Assembly: GCF_037042905.1 (NCBI RefSeq)
Contig: NC_087251.1
Coordinates: 15,998,001 to 16,062,000, forward strand
DNA from: Lytechinus pictus
Taxonomy: Eukaryota
Direction of reading: 5' to 3'
DNA: 64,000 nt
Shown: positions 12,779 to 23,902 of the stretch, one piece after another
Layout of the letters: each line of letters begins with the position of its first letter
Position numbering within the stretch: position 1 is the stretch's first letter
Notes under the pieces: model-generated
What the model was told of the DNA's origin: nothing
Databases searched by the model: none
Seen by the model: the letters and a program-made list of their open reading frames with translations, nothing else
Program-made: the position numbers and the translations under genes

Positions 12779-13486
12779 TTTATCAAAATTTGATATATTA
12801 AGATATGATTCATGAGTTCTGCTCAGCATCTTTGACAGTCCCTCCCCCCCCCACATCTCCCACTGTTTTTACTGTGCTGAAATGACAGGATAAGAATTAA
12901 AAAGATGATTTATAGGATTCCTTCTGAATGACTTCTTCCTCAGTGCCTAAAGTAGCAGTCTTTACATCAGTTCAACCTGGTTGATATCCTTCACAGAGCA
13001 AAATAACCATGGATATTGTAGCTTCATGAATAAGCTTACATAAACTAAAGAAAAATAGATGCAAATAGTATATGATATTATCATCATCATCTATAAAAAT
13101 TAGAGTGTTCTAGCGATGCATTAAAAACATGTATTTTGCATCAATTGCCTGTGCAGTATCAGAGCATATCCCTAAAAAGGACCGAAATCCAATGAATATC
13201 CCATAGACTCCTGTACAACATTTGCTATTGAATGTGTAAGCTTATTCAACAGTCTAGTGCTAATGCGTGAAATATACAACGCGTGCAACAATGAAAGCAA
13301 TGCGATGCGCAGCATAGAGCACAACTACGCTCCATGACGTCATAATGAACTATATGCAAGTTGCATGTTGACGACTAAAATTGATCCTATGAAGTGATAA
13401 TGGCATAATGTGGTAAGTGATATGACTTGTTAAAGTAAATTTCTCCCTCTTTTTTTTTGGGGGGGGGGGTGGGATAGATGATAATA

Positions 13487-13600
13487 ATTATATTGGATGG
13501 CGGTATTTCATGAAATACCAGAAATATTCCACTCGTTAGGGCCAATATTCCAAACTCTTGGAATATTTCTTGTATTCCATTCTAAGGCATCCAATATAAT
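13487..13600. repeat. Imperfect inverted repeat (probable transposon end) near the exon 4 acceptor
   Basis: ATTATATTGGATG/CATCCAATATAAT outer pair and GAAATATTCCA/TGGAATATTTC inner pair. Confidence 0.6.
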
Positions 13601-13663
13601 ATAATTATTCTTCACTTTAATTAATGATAATGAAAATAAGATTTCTGTTATGCTTTCTTCCAG

Positions 13664-13762
13664 GTACTGGTCTGGCACACAAGAACTGAAAAACCCAAGT
13701 GGAAACAAGAGGACAAACTGATTGCACTCGGTAAACCATCAGATCCTAGAATAGAAGTATAA
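13664..13762 (+). CDS. B3GAT3: B3GAT3-like last coding exon
   Basis: Acceptor ctttcttccag|; [32 protein letters not shown], the GT43 VWHTRTEKP motif and SDPxIEV C-terminus. Joined CDS 88+560+297+99=1044 nt (347 aa). Confidence 0.95.
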   Translation, partial: VLVWHTRTEKPKWKQEDKLIALGKPSDPRIEV

Positions 13763-14481
13763 TCATGAGGACGAATCATTCAAAAGATCACTCCTCAAAG
13801 CGCAGGGATAAGAAAAATTAAACTAATGATGTGCAATTTTTTACAGGACATTTTGTCTTTTATAAACCTATCATGTTACTATAGACCACATGCCTTAAAA
13901 GAGTCAATGTTAACAGGACTCAAATTAAAAGAAACAAACAACACATAGAGCGATAGTGGCATATGAAAGGTTCAGTATTAAACACAGCCCCTTTTCATCT
14001 CATCTCTTCCATCAATCGAATAACCTACATGCATCCTTTGCCACATACCTCCAACAAATATTCCTTATAATGACGGTATAGTGGATCCAAAGTAATGGGT
14101 GATAATTACATCCTCTATTATTTCTGTTGTTCATTCAGCTTCTTGGTTCCCCCTCCTATACTGTATACCCAGGGGGTTGGGCTTGTTTGATCCACCTTGC
14201 ATGGGAATATTCACAGGTTGTGACCCTCGATCAGTATGGTATAAGAATGTTTGATTCATTAGGCCGGTTGTAAGATAGTCATGACTTTTCAAACAACTGG
14301 AATATGTTTGGGTGCTCAATCAATTCTCAATCATTTAGATTCCCAAAAGCTTAATATGAAATCCAATCTCTCTACATTAAAATATCCTGTCATTAACTCA
14401 TTAGCATGTGAATTCAATGTTTATTATTTTGTCAAAGTTTGATTTGGGATATAAATTCTAACTTTGTTGAAACAACATAGA

Positions 14482-14548
14482 ATTTATTCATTTTATTTTA
14501 ACAGGGTAGCCCTTTCAGTTACAAGAACTGCTCGACCAAGGGGCCCTG
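14482..14548 (-). mobile_element. LINE/SINE 3' tail remnant
   Basis: Minus strand reads CAGGGCCCC..GAGCAGT..CTGAAAGGGCTACCCTGTTAAAATAAAATGAATAAAT, same tail as 8856-8912. Confidence 0.55.
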
Positions 14549-17500
14549 TATCAACAGAAATAAAAAGCGTAACAAGAAATATTACATAAAAATAGTCAAC
14601 AAAATGAGAAGAAAAAAAATGTAATCCATAAAAGTAAAAATAAATCAAAATATTTGGTGTATCTAATTAGTGCAAGAACAAGTAAACAGTTGTGTTGAAG
14701 TTAAGCTTTATGAATCACACACCTTTCAAGGGTCTATAATCTGACTAGTCAGTTGACATGCAATAGGCATGTATTAATTATAACTGCTGTTCCAATTAGG
14801 ATTAAGGTGGAGCTGCAAGGAAGGCAGGGATGACCACCCCCCCTAGTAAGTGGAGAACAAAATTGAGGAAAAGAGGAAAAGATAGTATAAACAAGATAGG
14901 TCTGACTTGTTTGCTACATACCTGTCATTCATTTGAAACAACAACTAAAATGACTGATTAAATGTATTTGGAAGTAGTGATAACTAATGCAATATATGGC
15001 ATTATACCTTTTATGTGGTGAGCACATACTAACATGTGCATTTCACTGTGTAGCTGCTCTAAAGTGATACCACTAAGGGGGGAACTGGTGAGCTACGTAG
15101 AAGTACGATTTTGACCTATCAATCAGGTTTTGAGCTGATATTTTGACTTTTATTTACTATGCAAACATATTTTCTTCATAAAACATCATTCATGATTTGT
15201 GACTTTTGTATTAGTCATGCATTATGCACTGCACTCAGTCAAGTTTACAATTAGATAAATGGTATATGACAAGGCTACTTATCTTATTGTGGTATGAAAT
15301 CAATGCATTGTCTGTAACCCTTGTGAGCATGAAATATTTGTATATTTATTTTTATATAACCAGTACTTCACATATCTTATAACTTTTTTTCTATTTTTTA
15401 GAATTGATAAACTGTAGGCCCATAATGAAAAAAAGAAAACAAAATATGTGAGCATGTCCATGAGCAGTTCCTCAAATATTGGCTAAGTGCCAAACTTAAA
15501 TGGTCTTGTAACATTAGACAATGACGGAACAAAAAGTTTTGTATAAAGTTAGGCCATCTTCCAAGGTATGAATTTTAAAGTATGATGTATTATCATTTGT
15601 TGGTATTAAAAAAAAGATTTTGTAAAAACTTGGGGAAAAACATATTTATGTGAAAATATCTGTGATTTGTTGTCATAATATGGAATTTGGTCTATTGATC
15701 GTACTGATTGTTATGATAAATTTGATAGATTGTTGAAGATTGTTTCATTTATTTCAATTCTAGAAACATGTGCATGAATTAGTGAACCTAGCATTAATTA
15801 GTAGGTATAAGAAAATATTTGTTCAATCTTGCCAATTTCCTAGTCTCCACACTGTATTGAGATAAATTAGATATGATGGCACTGTTCTCAATTTAAAACT
15901 TCAAGACATAGATCCCTACTCTACCAATTGTGAAATGATTGATAATATTTGTGTGCATTGGCGCCCTCTATTGAACAGAGTATAGCATGTCTTTGCAAGT
16001 GCCAGGTTCCCTGTAACATTGTAAAGTTGGTTTTTTTTTAAGTCTTCTTCTTATGTTGGTTTGAGTGGCAATTAGTCATATTTGACTACTGTCGCCATTG
16101 ACTCTATCTATAAAATCTCATTTCTCACATAAAGATATTATTATTACCAATATGATGTATACATATATATGAAATATTTTTCTTGTGCATTCTTCTAATA
16201 TGAAAAAGATAATTATAGTATTATATACAAAAGTTTGTCGTAACTCTTGTCAAAATGGCATATAAAAGATCTTCACCAAAGGATTTTAAAAATGAAAGTA
16301 AGTTTAAGGTATCCACAAAATTTTCATTTCTGCGTTGACATGTCAACCATCAGTCAGCGAGACTCGTTCTGCAATAATATGAAACATAATCTATTTCGGG
16401 GATTATCACTACATGCTTACCCTGTATTGACAGTTATACATGTATACTTACTGGTGCTAAACCAATCAGAAACACGATGAAAATTTGATTTATAAAGAAA
16501 AAAAATCACTCAAATATTTTTTAATTCTGATATTAAGAGACAATTTGCATTGTACTTTTAGGCCAAGCAATATAGAGAGGGGCCTTTTTCATAATAATTA
16601 TAATAACTTGAGAAAAAATATTTTCCAATGGATTTACATTCGTCATTGACTTGAATGATTTAGACAAGTTATCTCAATATTGCACTTTAATTATTTTGTT
16701 TATATTTTTGATGAACTATTGTCATACAGCTATTACATGTTTTATTCTGTAATTCTCTTCATCACTACATGCAGTGCTGGCTGAAATGAAACCTTATGTT
16801 TCCAGTATTACCATGTTAGAATGCCTAAATTGTAAGTCAGCTCATTAATATCTTTTAAAAGTTTTATAAAAGCTTTATAAGTGTAACTATTAATATTACT
16901 ATTGTTATTAACTTGCCAATGTTTTACATTCCACAAAACTCGATGTACGTGTGACTTTGCAGACTCCCCCCCCCCCTCATCTTTCCATTCATTTTCCACC
17001 CCTCTTTATTTGATATATATTATTGTTGTAATTCTCCACCCATCCTATTTATTTAATGGATATTGCTGTTGTTGTTATTATTCATTATCTTATTCTACCT
17101 CGTCTTTTTTTTGGTCTTCTCCTGAACTGGTAAAATGCGTGACTATTTCGAGCACTTTTGCCTCATAAACGGATCACCCCTTATTGATATTTATTTTTAA
17201 ATGGGTTAGACTTACCACAAAAAATGTTACTCTGAATAGAGTGGGATATTCATGCCACGCATGTGATATTTACTATATGATTACAGTTGCATTATACACT
17301 CGAAAATAATGGGTGAAACGGCTCAAGGTATAGGGAAATGTATGTCCAACCAAGTTTTTACATTTCTATCCACAACTTCTTTAAGTATAATCCCTTCTTC
17401 AATTTCCCGTTTGTGTTCTTCAAATATTGTTTAGCTTCTGATTGCTCATTTGTAGTTTGACAACTCACGATGAGATTATGTTTTACCTGAAACTTTTGGA

Positions 17501-17841
17501 CAGGATTTTATCGGACAAATATTTGTATAAATTTCATCTGTTTGAATATGTTATTATAATGTATGTCTGGTAGATAATGGGACTCAATTTTGAAGAGTTT
17601 ATCTTTTGTATTTCAGTTATTAAATGTTTTATGCCATTATGGTGCATATCATTATTTTGATATAAACTTTGATATATGTTACCTAGCCATGTTTCCATGT
17701 GTTATCAGTCCTTGAGTGCATGGGATAAACGAGTTATAGGAAGGAATCCAGGAATTGACTTAATTCAAATGTATCGTCGCGAGTAGAGGTTTTGTACTAA
17801 AATATGAGGAGCAGCAGCTTTATAGGCATAAAATATCACAG

Positions 17842-19880
17842 CACGGGCGTAAACCCCGGGGGATGGGGAGATGTATCCCCCCCACTTTTCGGAGAGGGGG
17901 GTGGCATGTATATTCATCCCTTCCTCCCCTCCCCCCCCCCCCCCCGCCCACACACGCACACTTTTCAAGACAAAAATATTTTTTTAATCATCAAATAATG
18001 CTACTGTTAATGAGTGGGTTCATCTTTCAATACTTAAATTTGCCCAATTTTGCATTCTATAAATGCAAATTTTCTCACGCGGTCGCTCCAGCCCCGCATT
18101 CAATATAATCTTACAAGATTTTGGCCATGACAAGTAGGCCCTACCTACGTTTAGCTTTAGTATCCCTGCATCATGAGAGTATGGTTATAATACATCCATC
18201 TATGAATAATTGTATGATACCAATTACTTTTGAATATGGTTATAACTTTGATCAAAAACCAATCAAAACATCCTTTGAATACACTGGCGTAAATGTGGGG
18301 GGGGGGGGTCATATTATTATCCTAGCATCTTTGTGGAAGCGGGGGATAATTTGTACAAAAAAATACAGGCATATACCCTCTACTTCTAGTTAAGCGTACG
18401 ATGAGTACTGATGACATTGACCAAATCAATGTCGTTAATGAAACATAGAGGCAAGCAGGGGCAGCAATATTTCCCCCACACACTTTTCATCCGTTTATAG
18501 GAGACTTTAAATCACATTAATTTCATAAACAATATAATAAATATTTCAAATGTGAATATTGTTCAAACTTGTGAATGTTGCATCATCTCCCAAGATAATC
18601 TCAAAGATTATTCAAAATCTTTCCTTTCTGCAATATTTTCCATTAAATTGCATAAAATTTATGCACTTTCTCCATGTGTTTTTAAATTGATATTGTGGCC
18701 TGTGATGGCCGACAATCATTTCATAAAGCACCCTTAATCCCGAAAATCATCCCGTTTTTTTTTTCATTCTCATCTCACCTTTAACAAGTGAGCAAATGAG
18801 ATTTCATTGAACAAAATATGGATTGTTTAATACTTATTTGCTATTTATATTTCATTTTCCTTTTCTTCTAAAGTTAAACTTATTGATAACTTACATTTAT
18901 CGTCCTCTGTAATATTATGTACATCATTTTAAACGACCGAAGCAACTTTTTCAAGGCTCGATCAACTACTATACGCTCACTCGCTGCAATTCTCCAATTG
19001 CACACCTCTTGAAAGACAATTTTGGTCACCATTCTGTCTTCCAACTATTGAATAGTTATTGATATTTACTGTAATTCATTACTTTATATCCCAACAAATC
19101 CAGTACACTATAGCCATCCAGGCGCGGATCCAGGGGGGGGGGGGCACAGGGGGCACGTGCCCCCCCTTTTGAGAAGCAAATTTTAAAATTTGTAATGTAA
19201 AAATGCCACGAAAACAGAGGTGTGCCCCTCTTTTGAACTTGAAGGCCTTTTTTTTTTTTTTTTTTGCTTGTCAATTTTTTCTCCGGGTACGAAAAACCCA
19301 TAATTAGTGCTTGAAAACCTTTTTTTTTTGCGTTGTCGATTCTTTTTTTCGGGTACGAAATACCCTTTATTTGTGGTTGAAGGCCTTTTTTTTTTGCTTG
19401 TCAAATGTTGTCAAAAAATCCTCCGAAAAGTTTGCCCCCCCCCCCCCCTCTTTGGAAATCCTGGATCCGCCCCTGTAGCCATTGAAAAAATCGTGAGAGG
19501 ACTTTGACTGAATTAAAGATGGTAATCCATTTATATTATATACCTACGTATACATTGCCGTAATGACTAATTACGCACAACTTAATGAAGTTTTTGGACA
19601 TCATTTTGTCTCACAGCTGCTAAATATTTGCTCGATCGTTTCGCTCGCTCGCATATTGATATTAACTGTAATTCATTACTCTATATCACAACAAATCCAT
19701 TACAAGATAGCCATCGAAAAATCGTTATAGGCCTAATAACTGAATGATGTTACTATTGTGTACACGGTTATATACGTAGCCTTTGGTGTAGGGGTGTCTC
19801 CAAAATTTTGAATGTTCAGGTCAATATATTGTTATCACCCCCCCCCCCCCCCCATTGCTCAGACCGGATTTACGCCAGTG
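17842..19880. mobile_element. 2.0-kb non-autonomous hAT-like element with perfect 8-bp TSD
   Basis: TATCACAG|CACGGGCGTAAACCC ... GGATTTACGCCAGTG|TATCACAG; no transposase ORF. Confidence 0.85.
19119..19475. mobile_element. Nested hAT-like MITE with 8-bp TSD
   Basis: TAGCCATC|CAGGCGCGGATCCAGG ... CCTGGATCCGCCCCTG|TAGCCATT; internal tandem ~65-bp units (TTGAAGGCC-polyT-GCTTGTC). Confidence 0.88.
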
Positions 19881-19950
19881 TATCACAGTAAGTATACTCG
19901 TCACTATTAATTTCTAGCAGAATAACAATACTGAACGATTGTGGGTAGTG

Positions 19951-20165
19951 ATAATTATTATTTTACCCAGGGTAGCCATCTCAGGTCTTATGAGTTTTTC
20001 TCCCACTGGGCCCCGCCTAACATTATTATTACCCTTCTCCATTCCAATACGTTGAGCGCCTGACCAGAAGGTATAACAACGCTCAAAAGTTTGTACGACT
20101 CGGCGGGAATCGAACCCACGGCCTCCTGTTCGCTACCTCGAAACCACACAGTTACCACAGTGTCC
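19951..20165 (-). mobile_element. tRNA-derived SINE with LINE-like tail
   Basis: Minus strand has B box GTGGGTTCGATTCCC (20105-20119), a degenerate A-box region upstream, and 3' tail GGGCCCAGTGGGAGA..GGCTACCCTGGGTAAAATAATAAT. Confidence 0.7.
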
Positions 20166-21827
20166 GCTGTTCACTAATGTTGGGTCGATTCTTCATCTGA
20201 CGTTTCCTAGTTTGATGAGTCAAAGTACATGCGATGCACCATATTCCACAATTTATTCTTTGAATATTTGTTATTTTTATTTTGTTCCAAAAGTGCATAT
20301 AGTCGCATAGAACATACAAGGAACGAAATTAAAGGATTTTAAAGGGATTTAAGGAACCAGGACTTCTTCCCACTTTGAAATAGAGAATGCAATTCATTAC
20401 CAAACGCAAATGGCACCATTCTAATGGGTATACCTGTGAAAGCTTAACGAATGAACGAGGAATTTAATTCTGTGATCCCATTCGAGGAAAATAATTGAGC
20501 CTACTGTCAGCTGTAACAGGAATTAAAAATCACAACAACAACAACAACAAGAGCAACAACAAAGTCAGGAACAGCAGGTTATGACGAAAGAAACGTAAAC
20601 AATTATTGTTAAAGGATGTTAATCCTCTCTCTCAATTGGATAAGGGTTCGGGCAGGAGGTAAGAAAGCAAAGAATGACAGAAAACCCCCGCTAGCTCTCT
20701 GGCGACACGACGCCAACGTCCCGTATCGTGTGTGGGATAGGGTACCCGTTATGCTCTCCTAACACATTCTTTTATCCAAACCCACATCAAAACAACCATT
20801 TAATCCAACTAAATGGTTTTATCTTTTCCCCGTTAACGCAGTGACGAATAAATAGAAAATATGAAGAGGTTATACACAATGAGGCGTGTGGGGGTTTAAA
20901 GGCAGAAGACAGTATGTCTATGCCAAAGCAAGTCCATTTTGTTCCAAACAATTACATCCTTCGTTAGTCTTTTTCAGGCCACCTTCTCGTAATCGGCCTA
21001 GTCGAGGGGTCCACAAAGACAAGAAAAATAGAACCCACTCTTAATTCAAGAAGGGACCACAAAGAGATTTCTATATACAACACTGCCTTTGGTGTGTGAT
21101 TGATATCTTGCTGAAGGGGGGGGGGGGGTGGCAGGGTGGAAGATGGAACACGTATTGAATCAAAAGATCAGATTGAAGACATCATTTCTTTCCAAGGTAG
21201 GTACGAGAGAGAAATAGCGGGAATGCGAGGGCTCTCGATTTTTCCGAGTTTTCAAGTGAACTGGTGTCATGGGGGAGGGGGTATATTTTTTCTTAAATCT
21301 GTCAATTTGATATTATTATATATTACTATCTATCATGCATTTTTTTTTCAAACAAAAAAGTTTTTGTCGAGTTCAACATCGTTCACAAATTCTATGTGAT
21401 TTGTTTTTCTTCTCTTTTTTTTGGGGGGGGGGGAGAGGGAGGAGGGCGAATAAATCCTTACTCAAAGATAGAAAACGGAGGTTGATTTTTTTATACAAAA
21501 TTTAATGCCATAGAATGGTGTCCTAATGTTGGTGTATAAGTGGAAACTGCACTGAACACCACACAATGATTAAACTTGCGGGACGAATCCAATATGTACA
21601 TGTATCTAGTACATGATGTAGGGGATGTATCTATAGGTGGCCGAAAGACATGCACGCAATCTGTTAAACATGTTAAAGGAGAAATGATTGGTCAATAGGC
21701 GCACAACTATATCTTATTTTGAGTTATCAGAAGTTATATAGGTGCTTATTGAAGTCAAGACTAAACTGGCATGTTGTAAGATATGAAACACATCCATCCC
21801 CAAATAAAAGCAATTGAAAACACTGGC

Positions 21828-22040
21828 CGTAACGATGACACGACAATTGCTCCTGTGACATAATTATGCTCCGGTCTTAAAGCTGGGAATAGAGTTAGGA
21901 TTGTACTAGAGTGTTTGGTTCAGAATAATATGAATGTAAGGGTTATGGTTTATTCAGTTTGGAGGTTAGATTTTGTGTTTGGCTTAACATGCCGATTTTC
22001 CATCGGAGCAATTGTCGTCGGATTAAATGTCATGAAACCG
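21828..22040. mobile_element. Degenerate MITE with GGTTAG-like internal repeats
   Basis: CGACAATTGCTCC (21841) and GGAGCAATTGTCG (22005) inverted pair, ATGACA/TGTCAT outside them. Confidence 0.55.
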
Positions 22041-23733
22041 CAGTACCAGTCGGAAAACAAAAGTGTGCACCCATCTCAGATGACAAAGTTCGCTTTAATA
22101 AAGGAAAGGGAAAGTTGCATCTCTGAGGCCTATATCAGAGTATGGGCATGGGCAGCAAGCTGAGTAATCAATGATGATCACATTTACAAAGGATATGGGG
22201 TGCTTGACCCAGTAGCCTAACCCCTTGTGGACCTAAAACGCGATGTTTGTGTTTATATAAATCGGAATATGGTAGTTGGTTTTTAAAAAAGATTCCTCTA
22301 AAACTGTATATCTAGTAATCAATCCCATCATTTTAAAAATTACTCTGTATTGCATTTAAAAAAACCGCGTAAAGTATGCATTTAACCCTTGATTTAACCC
22401 CTCTTAAAACTTACAATCATTCTTCTATATAGGTAAACTTGATCGTGCGCTCCTATATAGCTTAATGCAAATAATTTTCTAACATTTTACATTTCCTTCC
22501 CCCCCCCCCACCCCAGGGAAAAAAAACTGCGCTAGATCATGGCACTGGCCCCCTTTTACATCTTAATGGGATGTCAAAATTGTTCAAAGTTATTTTTCAT
22601 CATTATCTTTTTATTTGCGAATTATTGAATAATATAACGTCCATACATCCATCATGGATGACATGAATTATGACTTATACGAATTAAAATTTTACAATTT
22701 AAAACGACACCTTTCTATTTTATTTGTATGACATGTCGTTAAGTCTTATTTTAACAATGATATTAAACAGGGCATTGAATCGTGCATAATTAACAAAAAG
22801 GTCCAACGGTCACAATTTCATAACTCGGTGTTCATAATATAGACTGCATATACGACACAATTTTCAAAATACAGACCTCGAACATTGATTCGATTCAACT
22901 AATTCGCTGTGCACCATGAGTAATAAAATCATATAATGCTTAAGTCTTTCTTTTATGAAGTTAGCATGTCTTTTTAATAAGATCTCTGTGCAATCAAGCA
23001 TCTCTTGTCAGTCTTGTCAAAGCTTGAAATAAATCCACAAGTCACGGTAACGACCCCATGTCTGCTCTACATGCAGTGTAGAGGCTTTCATCTACCTCTC
23101 CAATAATTGTCTGTCTTCAACTAGCCCTTTTGACATCAGAAGCGTAATTACTAAAGGAGGAGAAATCGCAAGTTACCATCCCTCTTCTCAGAACACGTAA
23201 AAAATAATAAGGAAAAAAGTCAGAAATGACACATCGGCGTTAAATTGCGCGAATAATAATACGCTGGCGTCCGCTTTCACGTAAAATGGTGTAATTATAT
23301 ACTTCTTTTCAGACAAAAACTCACACACTTCCACAGTGAATTTAATGATGGTGGTGGTCTCTAAATGATGGAAAAGTACTTCTTAATCCCATTGTCCGTC
23401 GTTTGTATTGTTGGAGCGCTTCGTTGATGACGTAAAGAAATATACTTTTTAGGAAGTATGCCTCTCCTCTAACGGAAAAAAGGACACGACTGCCCGAGAA
23501 AACAGAATAGAGATCAAGGAGAATAGATTTTACTGACATTTTTGTTTTATTCCAATCTTTTTGTAAGAGGAAAGGCAGTCTTGATAACACTCGACGCAAG
23601 ACAACTGTGGATTCATCGATCAGGAAATCGAGAATTATTTTCGCAATGTTTGGGTGAGTTATTTTGTTCCCTTTACATTATTGACAGTATCATTCTCTAA
23701 AATGCACGTGTCTTTACATCACACATATATACA

Positions 23734-23902
23734 CACTGTAAAAAAACGAAGTGATAATGTAGCACTTACAGTGCTTGTATAGTGACTGCGCTACGAGTGC
23801 TGATTTTCTAGTTCAAATTTAAACTAGAAAATCAGCACTCGTAGTGCAGTCACTATACAAGCACTGTAAGTGCTAAATTAGCACTTTATTTTTTTTACAG
23901 TG
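23734..23902. mobile_element. Near-perfect palindromic MITE with CACTG termini and 2-bp (CA) TSD, EnSpm/CACTA-like
   Basis: CA|CACTGTAAAAAAA ... TTTTTTTACAGTG|CA; inner arm TAGCACTTACAGTGCTTGTATAGTGACTGC.CTACGAGTGCTGATTTTCTAGTT mirrored almost exactly. Confidence 0.9.

Noticed and set aside
18408..18445. CTGATGA followed by a hairpin
   Set aside because: GAAA does not follow stem II and no stem I or III can be formed
19230..19405. Regularly spaced repeats resembling a CRISPR array
   Set aside because: Degenerate tandem units inside a MITE with related spacers, eukaryotic context, no cas genes
20095..20165. Possible tRNA gene (B box), likewise at 35100-35170
   Set aside because: No cloverleaf; both continue into SINE-like bodies
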